DNA of 63,623 nt, the filler included, from Klebsormidium nitens (taxonomy: Eukaryota > Plantae > Klebsormidiophyceae), in assembly GCA_000708835.1 (NCBI GenBank). It is 9 parts of 9 records of this genome, joined end to end, with 100 filler letters (N's around TTAATTAATTAA, not from the genome) between each part and the next. Parts side by side here need not be neighbours in the genome. Positions count along the whole stretch, not along the records: positions 22,036 to 29,847 come from DF238290.1; positions 29,948 to 51,473 come from DF237907.1; 7 more parts are not named here. One strand, 5' to 3'. The notes beneath the pieces are model-generated. The model was not told where the DNA came from. It was given only the letters and a program-made list of their open reading frames with translations, and made no database searches. Numbering within the stretch: the first letter of the stretch is position 1; the number at the start of each line of letters is the position of its first letter. Both the position numbers and the translations under genes were made by a program. Positions 24,158 through 37,281 of this stretch are shown here, one piece after another.

Positions 24158-27100
24158 ATGTGTTACAGCCGTTTGCATGAGCGAGGAACATACCTATCAA
24201 ATGCTTCGAACGCATCTGCACAGCTAGGACCTCGATTTGATGATGTCATGACTCTAGTCCGCAAGTAAGGTGCCACCTTCTTAATCGCTCCAAGAAAAGG
24301 CCACCCTCTTTCTTTTCCAGAGCGGCGCCTTGTGCTTCATGCCACTGGGGGCCAGTTCACCCGCCTTCTTCAGCACCCTAATCACTTTCAGAGGTGTTCG
24401 TGCACGTGCAGATGATGGTCCAACTTAAAATTAAGGTGTCAGCCGCTGGATCGTCACAATTGAAGTGCTTTATGAACTTTTGAATCGCACTACGACATGG
24501 CACATATCTGAAAGCTGAGTCAGCGTCCTATGCGCATGCTCGCCCGTGTCGGGCGCAGCCCGTGACATGTGTAATCCCTTCTTATAATTCTCTGCTCGTG
24601 CATGTTGTAGATGTTGGGCGCGGGCGTGACTCAGGGGATACTAGGTGTCTCGCACATCACCCTGAGATCGCGGGTTCGACTCACGCAACCCGAGTCGATG
24701 AGGATATGTAAATTTCTCGAAGTTTCTGACCTCTCCTTGGAGGGTTGGCTTGAAGAGACTCTGATCCCGAGGCTGAGGCAACGGGTAGCGACGCGCACCT
24801 TTTGCTATTCGGTATCCTTCTCCCCCCTTTATTTGTTTATGCCGTTCTTCATCAATTTGACATGCTTCAGTGCAATAGCCGACGAAAAGGTTCCGATGGC
24901 TTCAACTCCTCTGTTCCTCTTTTAGAAAGACTACCTTCTTTGTTTCTTCTATTCCTAAAGCCTGCTTTGTCTTTTCTCAACAAGATGGTGGCGATCAGTA
25001 TGCCGCTGCTTCATGCTACTTACTTCGCCGTCGAGACTCTGTAATCAGCAGCAAATAGTAAAGTTCGTAAAGTACTTGAAAGCGATAGCAGTTTGCCACA
25101 ACCATGTATCGCGCTTCCAGTGATAATTGCGTGGAAAGCCTACGAATTAGCCACCACCTCAACTCCGCTTTCGTCGGGCTTGTCGACTCCCCTAGATTAA
25201 GCAGCATGTTGACTGTTTTTTGGTGCAGGTGTTCCTCTTGAGGTTCTCTTGAGGTCCTCTCGTAAGGTCGATGCCGCTGCTGTGGCCAGGCTCAAAAAGC
25301 AGCTTTATGAGTCCAGATGCTCGCGGTATGCATATGACTGGTACTATCTCAACTTCGCCTTCTCGTTTGCGTCAAATTTACATGTATGCAGCTTCCGCGA
25401 GAAGCAAGTAATTGCTCGCCCTGATCGAACAGATGGTGATCTTTAAAATTTATCCTTTGCGGAAGAACGACAACGGCTTCCCCATCCATTCATGAATTTG
25501 TCTTGATCGGCCGTGCTTTTGCGTCCCCGATGTGTTTTTGAATTGCCAGATTGAGACTCCTTGCACTGATTGAAGGCTTGAGTGGTACGGCCTAGGGACA
25601 GCAACTGCTGCTGCGCATTTGAATCCCATTAAGGTACCTTGTAGCAGGGCTCGTTGGCGAAGGACCGACCGAGGGTGCATTGCTCGCATGGAGAAGGCTC
25701 AATTTTCGCTGTGCGCGCTCAACGCAACCCTCCGTTGCCAGGTCCTACCTTTCAAATCACGGGCGCCCTTGGCTGCCTTTGAGCCCTGCAGGCGTCTAAC
25801 AATAGAAGACGTGTCATTTAAGTTGAATTTGTCTTATGCATGCGGATCTATTATTCATTCGATAGAGCTGCGAACCTGTTCTCTCTCTAGCTTCATTGCA
25901 GCGTCGCGGTCTACCACTCCTGTGATCCAAGCAACTCGTGCACGCCGCCCGATGGCAGATGGTGTGTCCCGCAGCACCGCGCTTATTTCAAGCTTCGACA
26001 ACACCAGCCGAAGCCGCCACCGAGCAAGCTTGACTCTTTGTCCGACTCATACGCGCCTTTCTTCCATGGAAGAAAGGTGAGGATTGATCCGGAAATTATG
26101 CGATTATGCGCTAGATTAATCAAAAAAACTCTCCCGGGACATGTAGAAGATCTGGTCATCTTTTTACGATGTAAACTGCAATCTCCCACGAAACGGGATC
26201 TGTCATTGGAATCGCCGAACAGATATCAGAGAAACTCAAAAGCTGGAACGAGACAATGGTCACTCGAGGCTCGTCTCTAGCTTTGCATTATTGGTTACTT
26301 AACACGTTTTCGTCAGCTAGCTTCGACTCCGATCGACTCAATCGACATGCATAAAAGCACTCAGCCGGCAATTTGAGAAGCCCGATAACAATAGCTGCTG
26401 GCTCATGCGCAGGGGACTTTCCACTTTGAATCGTCTCTAAGCTAAGCCTGCGATTGAATTCCTTTCGCCACATACAAGTTGCCTGATGTACCTACTCTGG
26501 CACAAAGCCGCCGGAACTCTGCATTCCACGTTCACCGGCACTTGCCAGGATCGATGACATTCAGATGCTCCACAGACGATCTGCATGCATTCCGATATGT
26601 GGACGCTTCCATTAAGCGGTACTACATTATGTAGTACATAACTGCAGATCCATGTGTCGCACGATATGCCCACTCGGCTGTTGACCAGGTTCCCCTATAC
26701 CGTCTGGATGGGCGTAGAATTCCTTAGGACCCGCCTTCTTCGCCAAATTTAGTCAGCCACCGATCTAAAATATACAAACGTATTAGATCACAGACGAGAT
26801 CACGCCCTTTTAGGGCCTGGTTTCTACCGTACACGTTGTAACCGGTCTACATACCCAAGTGTCGAAGCATGGCCGACCGCGGCAGCGCTGTCGTGATAAA
26901 GTGGTCCGTTTGGTTGGAATGGAGGCATGCCAATGAGGCAATGAGTGCTAATCAGTTCTCACTGGTCCAAAATAGAGGCGCTGAGCTAGAGGGATAATAA
27001 AGTTGACAGCCTCGAATGCAAAGCATTTCGGGAAGTGCATATAACGAAGCCAGATCAACTTTTCTAGGGCGCGGACTCTATTTATAACGGAGGAATCCGT

Positions 27101-27454
27101 TTGAAAAATGCTCTCTGAGAGGCGGTGGCGTGAAATCACGCCGTTCGCTTTCTGCACCCCAATTATCCGGGTGAACTTTGTTGGCAGAGTTGAGGCAAGA
27201 CGGAACGCAGACACCAAGACAGAAACCGTGCCTCCGGCCGGATTGAGCTTCAAACGCAGTGCAGAACTTTTCGTCACTCCACGGGTTGAAGTACAGACCA
27301 CCTAACATTTATATCAGTCTGTCTAGATTCGGAGCCAGCGAACATGTAAGCAAGGAAACTGGATGCACTCGGAGCAATTTTCATTGCCAACCAACGTGCT
27401 TTCAAAAATACTGGGCGCCGGGATAGGGAGTCAGCTCGGGTCGGTTTCCGACTG

Positions 27455-29847
27455 TTAGGACCGCCCCGGCAGCGCCCCTCCGCGCCTCAGCATTTCTTTG
27501 CGTCTCCCAACATCGGTGTTAACGTGCTCAAAACGGAGAGCATTGCTAACTCGGTCGCCGCTTCTGCGAGGGTCGCAATGCATCGCCAGCAGCTGCAGAC
27601 TTGCTTCCGCTCGAACCGCACCGACCCCATCAGCGGCTGGATTACGGAGTTCAACTTCGGCGGAAGCTCCCGCAAGAACACCACCGCCCCTGCAAGCGCC
27701 CGGACGCTTCTGTGCAGCGTCGATTGCATCTCCTTCAACGCCCCGACCGTCAACAGCACCTTGTGCTTCGCCGCCGCGAGGCGCTCCCCCGGGGTCGCGC
27801 CCCGCGCGCCGGGNNNNNNNNNNNNNNNNNNNNNNNNNNNNNNNNNNNNNNNNNNNNNNNNNNNNNNNNNNNNNNNNNNNNNNNNNNNNNNNNNNNNNNN
27901 NNNNNNNNNNNNNNNNNNNNNNNNNNNNNNNNNNNNNNNNNNNNNNNNNNNNNNNNNNNNNNNNNNNNNNNNNNNNNNNNNNNNNNNNNNNNNNNNNNNN
28001 NNNNNNNNNNNNNNNNNNNNNNNNNNNNNNNNNNNNNNNNNNNNNNNNNNNNNNNNNNNNNNNNNNNNNNNNNNNNNNNNNNNNGCGTCGAACTTGTAGG
28101 CCGGGGTTTTCACACCGGCCGCGCGGGCGTGCCCGGCCCATGGCCGCCGCCTCCTCGCGCATCCTGATGTAAATCGGCTTCAGGTCTTCGTAAGGGGCAG
28201 AAGAGCCCGGGGTGAGGGAACCGGGGTCGTTCGCCTGAAGAAGCTCCAGCGCTCTCTGCCTTAACGCAGCCACGGCCGGCAGATCAAGCACGTTCGGAAC
28301 TTCGTCCGTTTTCGCTCCTCCCTCCCCCTTAACGCCACCGTTTTCGGTTTTGACTCCGCCGTTTACTGACAAAAGCTCGGGGTTACCCAAACCCTTAAAC
28401 CACTCGGCCATGATCGTACCGGCCAGCTGGCGGCTCGTCGCCCGCGGACTCTGAAGTAACTCCGTCACGTGCCCACAGAACGCCCCAGTCTCCTCTTCTC
28501 GAAGCGCTAGCGCCAGCCTCGCAAGAGCCCAGCCTCCCTGCGCGCGCATCTCTACCGCCGATGGGCTGCCCTCCGCCCCAACCAACGGCCCAGATCGCTC
28601 GACGGCCCCCGTCTGCTTCCCACCCCCTCCCCGGTCCTTCTCCTCTAACCTCCCCCCCGAAAGGAGCAAACTCACCTCACCCGAGGGGGTCGCCGCCATG
28701 GCAAACCAGCCCCCCAGGAACGGTGCGCTTCCTTCCGCCCCCACGCTGTGAAGCAGAGTCTCCCAAACCCTTCGCGAACAAACGACGATCGACTCGTTCA
28801 CTTCAAGTAGAAGATTCTGGAAGGTCAGCCGCAGTGCGTCTGAAAGGACGGCCGCACCCAAGGGGGGGTGCTTCCGCCAGCCAATCCGACCCCCTCGTGC
28901 GTGTTAAGGAGCCGTTCAAGCGTCGTGATGGCGGCTGATCGGACGGTGATTGTGTGCCGCATGAAGGGCCAGAGGCGAGAAACGAGGACTTCCACTTTGG
29001 GGAGATGGGCGGTATCAGGGTCGGGCTCTTCTTTCTTGACGGCGGAGCGTGCACCTGTCAAATAGCGAGGGTACATTCTATAGGCAAAAGTCTTGATGTC
29101 CACCTTTACTTGGGGCGACGATGTAGCGAAAGATTGTGAGTGACGGCTTCGCTAAAAACGAAGCCCACAAAGTGCCCTTTGGGGCCCGTCCATCGAAGGA
29201 ATCAGCAGCTTGAATACTAGCAGCGGGCATGCGTGCCTTAAGCCCACTTGAATCTTGACTCAAAGTTCAGGCCCGAATCGATCTTCCCAAAGCCGCAAAA
29301 AATACAAAGCTGTGCCACTAGCTCTCAGAACACGGTGTTACTGTGAGTGAAGCAGCGCATGATGACTGGATTCCGTTGTGCTTGCCACCTTTATTCGGCC
29401 ACTTACGCAACCCAACAAACATATACATTTGTCCGTAGTACCGGCTCCTTCCTTTCCGTACGTATTCAACGACGCCTTCAGACCGGACAAGGCGCAAATG
29501 TAGACGGTCGTAAAGCGAACACTCTCAGTGCAAAGTTGCGAAGCACGCACGCGTCACCGTTCCTACCCCTCCCAATCTTTGCCAAAAGCTCCGGCCAAGT
29601 TTCCCTCGAAGCCATGCAACCCAGGTTTACAATAGCCTCCAACTTATAACCTCCGACCTTTGCTACAAAAACGGCCAACGACTGAGGCATGCTCCCCGAG
29701 AACCATGCGAGGCCAAGCCCATAAAAGCGTTCAAAAACCTTCGTCCCCTCACCTGCGGCGGCCACCCCCGGCTGCGCGTACAGCTCCGCCAGCAGCCGCA
29801 TCACGCTCCCGATCGACGGGCTCAGGTCGTCCAGGTTCAGCAGCGCA
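27455..29847 (-). pseudogene. BTAF1: BTAF1/MOT1 HEAT-repeat-region fragment with frameshifts and a probable internal deletion; no SNF2 ATPase part seen
   Basis: LLNLDDLSPSIGSVMRLLAELY, RLWPFMRHTITVRSAAITTLERLL, DALRLTFQNLLLE, PYEDLKPIYIRMREEA, LPPKLNSVIQPLMGSV and TPMLGDA..ARRGAAG resemble successive BTAF1 motifs but lie in different frames. Confidence 0.75.
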
Positions 29848-30087
29848 NNNNNNNNNNNNNNNNNNNNNNNNNNNNNNNNNNNNNNNNNNNNTTAATTAAT
29901 TAANNNNNNNNNNNNNNNNNNNNNNNNNNNNNNNNNNNNNNNNNNNNTGGGTCCTTTCGCCTGCCCTGAGCTCAAAGGTGGCAGGGGATCTCTTTATCGA
30001 AAGGCAACACCTGGGTCCTTTCAGACTGATTGTCCGCCTGATGTGGGTAATTCGGACTTATCCCAGCTAGCGGACAGCAGTCATAAG

Positions 30088-30121
30088 TTTGCCCCGCGGA
30101 CCCCCGGGTCCGCGGGGCAAA
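30088..30121. repeat. Perfect GC-rich hairpin, 16-bp arms
   Basis: TTTGCCCCGCGGACCC-CC-GGGTCCGCGGGGCAAA. Confidence 0.95.
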
Positions 30122-30654
30122 TCTCTTGTCCTCTGAGTAGGGGATAAGATTTAGTTACTGGTAGGTAGAACGTGCGGAGGTTAACCATAACCTTCTGCGG
30201 GTTTGGTTCCTGTGCGGCAGCCGGCTGTGCCACCCTCCGGTCACACGGCTCACGCCGCGACACGTGGTGACCTAGGGCGCAATCCGTACCATGTACGGAT
30301 CGCCACTCGTACAGTGTACTGTGCGTGCGCCGACGCGCGTGCGGTCGGCGCTGGAAGGCTTTCTAGGATAATAGGAAACAGCCTGGCCGCCTTTCGTGCA
30401 TGATCGTGACACGGGTGCCGCATTTGAGCATTTCGCTCCACACTGTCAAGGGCGACGAGGCTCGTCACGCTGTACCGTGCGAGCATGGACCCCAGAATGC
30501 TGCCCTGCAGGGCTGAGCTTGTGGATTCGGATTCCTCAGCAATGCGAGAAACTTTTCCCAGCTTTTGCAGCTTAACAGAGCGACGAGAGTGCAGGCGGTC
30601 ACAGCTCGTCTGCCTTCGAGCCTCCAAGATTCAGGCGCCGGTTGCAACGTCAGC

Positions 30655-33600
30655 ATGGCGCCCCCGAGCTACAGCGACCTGTTCTCGATTGAGGGCAAGA
30701 CCGCCCTGGTTACTGGGGCATCGTCAGGAATCGGGTCCCGCTTCTCGGTCTTTCTAGCGTCGCAGGGGGCATCAGTGGTGGTGGCAGCGCGCCGGAAGGA
30801 CAAGCTTCATGACGTCGTGCAGGTAGGAATCAGTCCTTTGGTCTAGATTTTGACATTCTCGAGGAGTAGATTTGAAGAGGACGGTACCCTGCAATGCCCC
30901 TCCAATGAAGGTCGCTTCGTAGACTGTACGCCCCTGTGCATTTCGAGGATGGAAGTGAGAAGCTGACAAGGGGATGCTATAGCAAAGCAGGTTCGAAGAA
31001 ACCAACCCGCTGTAGGTTGTAGATTCCGTAAGGCTGTCACATGCAGGTGTCGCTTTGATTGAAAATCACATGAGCCAATCACTACGAAGAAAACTTGGCT
31101 GCAGAAATGACCGTGAAAGCTGCAATCACTTGTTCACGAGCTCTGTGGTACTCAACATGGTCAGCATGCTTCATCAAATGTGTACAGGAGGCGGCCGCAA
31201 TCTGGGGATCTCAGCAGTGACACCTTTCCCAAGGCAGAAGGAAACGATCCGTTGCTCTTCTTTCAGATGTCTGTCGAGCATTCAATCTTATAAATTACGT
31301 TCTGGGGCATTTGCTCTTTGCAAGATCGAAGCTATCCTCCTAACTATTCGAGAGTCTTTCTTCTGGAGCATGATTGTCAAGAGTCACTCATTCTGTGCAG
31401 GAAATCGAAAAGGCGGGCGGCAAGGCGAAGGCTGTCGAGCTGGATGTGTCAGCGAACCAAGAATCGATCAAGAGGAGTGTAGACGAAGCCTGGGCAGCCT
31501 TCGGCAAGCTGGACATCCTGGTAAGCAAGGAGACCGTCAAAGGATCGATGAGGAAACCGAATCCTCTGTTTGATGCTGGTTGACAGGCATCAACCTGTAC
31601 GTTCCAAAATTCTTGAGTATTGGGCTGTTTTTCGATCTCGCTCACACCAACTCATACTTGCATCGCGTCTAGGTCTAATAATTGAAAGTACAATAAAGAC
31701 TACTTTACTCAGTTTCTTGCTTCAAATGTGCATTTTCATCAACAGAAACCTCCGCCTTTGGACCGCCCGGCAACATACTACTTTCCCGATGAATGCTTTG
31801 GTCGTTCAGGCAAATGTGTCGGACGGGGCTTCGCTGAAATCGCACCTCCTCGGTTTCCAGGTAAACAACGCGGGGCTCGGCGGCGGCGAGGGCGTTCTTA
31901 AGGACAGCCAAGAGACGTTCGACGCACTGTTCAACACCAACGTGCGCGGCGTCTACTTCACGACCCAGGCCGTGGCTAGGCTGATGGTGGACCACGATCT
32001 CTCGGGGCGGATCGTAAACACGAGCTCGATCGCCGGGGCGGAGATGGTTATGGCCGGGTGGGCCATCTACGCTGCCTCCAAGGCCGCGGTTATCCAGCTA
32101 ACCAGGTGGGTCAGCGGCTGTTCAAGCTGAGGCTTATGGGTGATCTCCCGTTAACCAGGTGATTCAGTGAAGTTTGGCGGTGAGTTTGGTTGATTTCCGT
32201 GTTTCCAAGGTGGGTTAGCGGAGGTCAATATTGACATCTCCTTGGTTATCCGGAACCAGTTGGGTCAGCCGCCTGGACGCTCGAACAGGAGGTTAACTTC
32301 TGCTTGAGTATTGGAACAGGACATCAAGGCTGAAAAGATTGCTTGACTTTCGTACGTTGCGTGAGTGCTGGCGGGTCTGTTGGGGGCTTTATCTTCCAGC
32401 AGAAGTAGCGAACGTTTCACTTCTAGGGCATTTTGTCGAAGCGTCCACTTCTCTTCCGCTAAGCCGCTTGCACTGCTTTCCTCGGTAACTTCAACCGGAC
32501 AAGCTTACCGTGAAGCACATCAGGCAGATTTCGAAAGCAACCTGCTGATCGCAATCTGCTTGTGATGTAGAGGCGAAGCGAGTTCTGCGTACTGTAGACG
32601 TTCTTCTCCATGAAACGGTTTGGTCTTTTCGCAGGTGATTCTACGGTTCCTCCACAACGAAGCCGTCACTAAGTTCTGCAGAGCCAGTACCTTTCAGATT
32701 CCATCTTCCTGTACGGGAGGTGATCCCGCTTTGCCATGCTTTTACCTCATTCCGACGCTTTTGCTGACCGTCTGCAAAGTCCGCAACAGTTCATCATTCC
32801 GACGCTTTTACTGACCGTCCGCAAAGTCCGTACTAATGCGTGACGTCCGCAGGGCGATGGCGGTCGAGCTGGCTCCCAAGGGCATCAACGTGAACAGCAT
32901 CGCGCCCGGCGTCTTCCCGTCGGAGCTGACGAGCTCAGTGGTCGGGACCGAAAGCGCAAAGCTAGTCCAGAGGGCAGTCCCTGCGCGCAGGTTGGAAACG
33001 CTTCCGCCGGCTTCCTTCTCGGTCTTTCTTGAAGTCCTATCTCGATCACTTTTTATTTTCTCGTCTTTCTCCTGGATTTGTCTGTTGAGCGGAAGCCACA
33101 TCTCAATTTGCGATATTGACATCTCGTCTGCAGTCGATAATCTCGTCTCGGTCGTTCTGCAGTTTTGAGCGTTCCGCAGTTCTGCTTATTTCGCAGAGAC
33201 CGGTGGGCTGTACCTCGTGCCAGCCGTCTTTGCATTCTGAGAAGCAACCTGCAATTCCTCCTAGTGACACGTCTGGTCTGTTTGTTGGACATTCTCGTCG
33301 CTGATCATCGTTCCAAACAAGTCACAATTTGAATGATCAAAAAGAAGACAGTCAGAAGGCTATCTCCGTAGTTCGTAGATTGTTCCAAAAGGCCCTCGGC
33401 GTTAGCAACTTGTGTTCTCAAAGCAATTTACACAGGAGAGATCATCAAAAAGAGTCTCTTTTGTGCAAACGCCTTCGTATTTGTAACGGCCTTTTTATGA
33501 GCCCGTCAAATCTGGCCGTCTTTTTCGCAAACAGAACAGGAAAGGGTTTGCGCTGGCATCTGTCAAAGGTCGGATGCATAAAATTGGGTTGATGAAGGTT

Positions 33601-34315
33601 AAAGTCCTGCTGACGTAACAAGCCCAATCCTGCTTCAAATGCAGAGTGGTTTCTACATAACGCAAAAACGGAGGCCTGACGTTTTGTGAGTCTCCTCAGT
33701 GCGTGCTGCTGGGGTACTTTGAGTGTCGTACCGTCCGCTTGCTGTCATCAACAGTAGTCCAAGTCGCCGTCCATTACAGACGGCTTGATCTCCTTCTTAG
33801 GGTCCGGGAAATCTGACGGGGTGCTCGACCGTGTTTGAAGAGTCCGACGTTTCGTAGCATGCAACGCTTTCGAACGGACCGATCTGATCGTGGGCCCGAT
33901 AGGGTCTGCAACAGACTGTGGTCGCGGCCGTCAATATGCGTCATGCTGAATTCGGCCAAGATAACCCGTCTTCGAGCATTCCCGTGACTGGTGTAGATTC
34001 GAGTTCTGGGCGTTAGTCCACTTCGAAGCCGTCTTGTCATCAAAATACCCAGGGACCCGTACGGTTCTCTATCCTGTGTCTTAGGCTCATACGCGCACGT
34101 GGGCAAAAAGCGACCCGGTCTCAATGGGCACTGATTTGTCAACCCTTTCTAATTTCAGGTACGGAGACACGGAGACGGACCTGATGGGCGCCCTCCTGCT
34201 CCTCGTGAGCGAGAAAGCGTCTCGATACATCGTCGGGGTGACCATCCCAGTGGACGGCGGACACTCGCTATACACGATGGATCTGGCGAATCCAACAGCC
34301 ATCTTTGACGAATAG
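30655..34315 (+). CDS. Classical short-chain dehydrogenase/reductase (FabG-like), 5 exons
   Basis: Exons 30655-30822, 31401-31520, 31861-32105, 32853-32990, 34159-34315 join in phase. Motifs TGASSGIG, VNNAG, YAASK, VNSIAPG and IPVDGG. Confidence 0.93.
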
Positions 34316-35449
34316 AGGAGGAACGGCAGGTTTCAAGTACATAAAGGAGAGCGGTTTGGTCAAGTAATGCTGAAGCGAGTCAGCGGCTCGCAGTGTCATT
34401 GAGGGTCAGTGCGATGATGGTCAGTGATTTATGCATCCAGATCATGTGTCATGAACAGCAGAATAGAGGTTCTTCTGCAAGGACTATGGGCTTCCAAGAG
34501 GACTTTATGACCGAAAATGTAAAAATGGCAGACCCGAGCAATGCATGAAATCTAGACGGCTCTCACTCTGCGATTTACATGGTGTCGATGATTTGCAAAC
34601 AATGCGATCCGCATAATACTTTTAGCAAAGTGCTCTATCTGATTGCGAGTGAGCAAAACGTTTCGTCGAAACATGGAGACAAGTGTACCATGGAAGATGG
34701 GTCCATTGAAGATGCATCCGTCTCGACATATCATGTTATGCTACAACGCTCCAATACAATAATATTGGATCACCGCAGATCCATACTGCAAACTGTCATC
34801 CGCTTGGCCATTCTTTGAGATTGGATCTGAGTGATTAATCTCAAAAATCGTGGCGTGGAAGCTTTGACCAAATTCTACATCCGCGTCAATCCCTGCATTT
34901 CCCAACCAGATGGTATGCGTCTGCAGAACTACCGAAGTCATGAACATCTTTATACATGGGCAGAGCGAGAGGTTTTGAACTCGTAAAGAAGTATGTTGAG
35001 TGGGGAGCGGTAAAAGCACTTCTGAAGTATCTAGCTGTCTCAGAGTGCACATCTTTAATTGCAAAGTCTTTCCATATATGATGTTGGACAAGATCGGTCC
35101 GAGATGACAATGCAGAAATGGGTCATCATATTCCGCTGAGGGAAGTGACAGAAAAGACAGCCAAAATCTCGATCCCACCCACTATGGTACACATGTTGAT
35201 TCTCCGTTCTGCCGAAGACTCAACTTTTTACGGCACTTTCTAGCGTTCTCGTTTCTACATGCTTTAGGCGGTAAATGTTTCCGTCTGCTTCCAAGTATTT
35301 CTATTCTCCCCGATTCGCATCGATCCATCCTCCACCAATTCTCGAGCTGATGCTGTCTAACATCTCACAAAGGGACGGCTTCATTACACGGGCTGCCAGC
35401 TAGCCTCTACCATATGCGCTAGAGCTGACACGAGAAACGGTTCGCTTTA

Positions 35450-37281
35450 TCAGTACCCGGTCTTCGGAGGAGAATAACTCGGCGGGCTGTAACTGGGGGG
35501 CGAGTAGCTCGGGGGAGAGTAACTGGGGGGAGAGTAGCTCGGGGGAGAATAGGACGGAGGCGAGTAGGAGGGGGGGGAGTAGGACGGAGGGGGGAAGTAG
35601 CAGATGAAGACGATGATCTCAGAGGACGGAGGAGAGTAAGAAGGGGAGTAAGAAGGGGGAGAGTAAGAGGGGGGCGAGTAAGAGGGGGGCGAGTAAGAGG
35701 GGGGTGAGTAAGAAGAGGGAGAGTAAGAAGGGGGGGAGTAAGACGGGGGAGAATAGGACGGGGGAGAGTAAGACGGGGAGTAAGAGGGGGGGCTATAGCC
35801 TGGGGAGTAAGAAGGGGGGCTGTAGCCTGGGGGGTAAGAAGGTGGGCTATAGCCTGGCGGTGCCGGGACGAGGTAGGACCCGGGCGGGCAGACCGAGGGG
35901 CTGTAGAAGTAGGGGGGGCTGTACCCCGGGGAGTAGGAAGGGGGGGAGTAGCTCGGGGGAGAATAACTGGGGGGAGAATAGCTCGGGGGAGAGTAACTGG
36001 GGGGGGAGTAAGACGGGGGCGAGTAGCTCGGGGGCCCGTACTGGAAGAGGTTCCTCTTGGCCCCATTCTCGGCGTCCACGAAGCTGGGATCCTCAGCCTG
36101 GGCGTCGCCGCCCTCCAGCTTGATGTCGCCGAGGTCAGCCGCGCCGTTTGCAGCGGCGCCCACATCGTCCGCTGCAAGAAGAGGAGGAACATGGAATATC
36201 AGGAATGCGAGGGTCCAGACAATGGATTCAAAGCTAAAGATCTTGGTTATCGCTGCGGGAACCTCAGATTGCGGAAGAAAAGGACTAGGGAAGAGGGTGA
36301 GAAAGTCACCGTACCTGCGGAACTGACCAGGATGAAGAGAGATTGATCTGCAAGGCCACGATAGGCTCAATCGATGTCTCCAAGTACTATCAATGGAATT
36401 TTTGGGGCTCCTGGGGCGATCAAAAGCTCAGGAAGACGAAGTAAGAGAATTGAAGGAGATCGCATCGCGAAGAAAAACGAATTATTTTCTTGAAGACACA
36501 GAAAAGCTGAGATCACTTAAGTACTCAAGCTTGAACGCATGCAACCAATACTCCTCCGCAAAAGCAGGATTGGGTCCCTTTCATTATTTTCCGTGCAGCA
36601 TGATCCCATGCGAAATGATGGTCAAGATTTGATTCTGAAATTCGTTTTCTGATCGTCGAGGGACAGAAACCCCCTTCTAAGGAAACCAGTCGCTGCCAGA
36701 GTTAATAACGTCGAATGTGAAGTATCATAGGACCCGCGGGTTTGACTCTGTCCTTTTACTGTCTGAAGGGTACATGCAAAGTGGAGTTCCAGTCCTTAGC
36801 ACGTAGTCCTCCTAACAACTTCCCTTCACAAGCCAAAAAAAATCTCAATGCAATAGCGAGAAGAAACTTCCATAATGACGAAGTTCTGCCGAAGCGTTTT
36901 TCAAAACCGTTTTACGAAACTTGCACCGCAGGAGTCACTCAAGGGAGATGTTTCTTTCCCGTAAGCAGATTTGTATGGTTATATACATGTTTCTGCAAAC
37001 GGGTCCTCAAGCTTCGCGTGCTTGATGTTGTTGCTTGGGGACTACTATACGCGACGGCTGCTTCGACAAAACATTTGGAGGGCACTTTGTTAAAGAACCC
37101 GTCACCCGAACGCTTCCCCCGACACCCAACCCGGAAACACTGCAAGAAGCGTCATTCGAGACTGCCCTCCAACTTTTCTTGAGCAAGAAAACCGCCCAGA
37201 GCGCTCACCGTGCACCACGACCCCCAAGCCCAGAAGCCCCACCAGGAAGAGCGCCAGCAAAGGGCGGCTCAGTCTCGCCAT
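35450..37281 (-). CDS. Secreted extensin-like Ser-Pro-Tyr repeat (HRGP-type) protein, 275 aa, 3 exons
   Basis: Exon 1 37281-37209 encodes a signal-peptide-like [24 protein letters not shown]; exon 2 36347-36315; exon 3 36171-35450. About 23 perfect SPPSY repeats. Confidence 0.85.

Noticed and set aside
22200-27400. Exon-like fragments (e.g. 22300-22370, 25230-25325) as a gene
   Set aside because: Could not be joined into a coherent frame or matched to a recognisable family.
30060-30140. Helitron 3' end at the hairpin
   Set aside because: No CTRR|T at the expected spacing on either strand.
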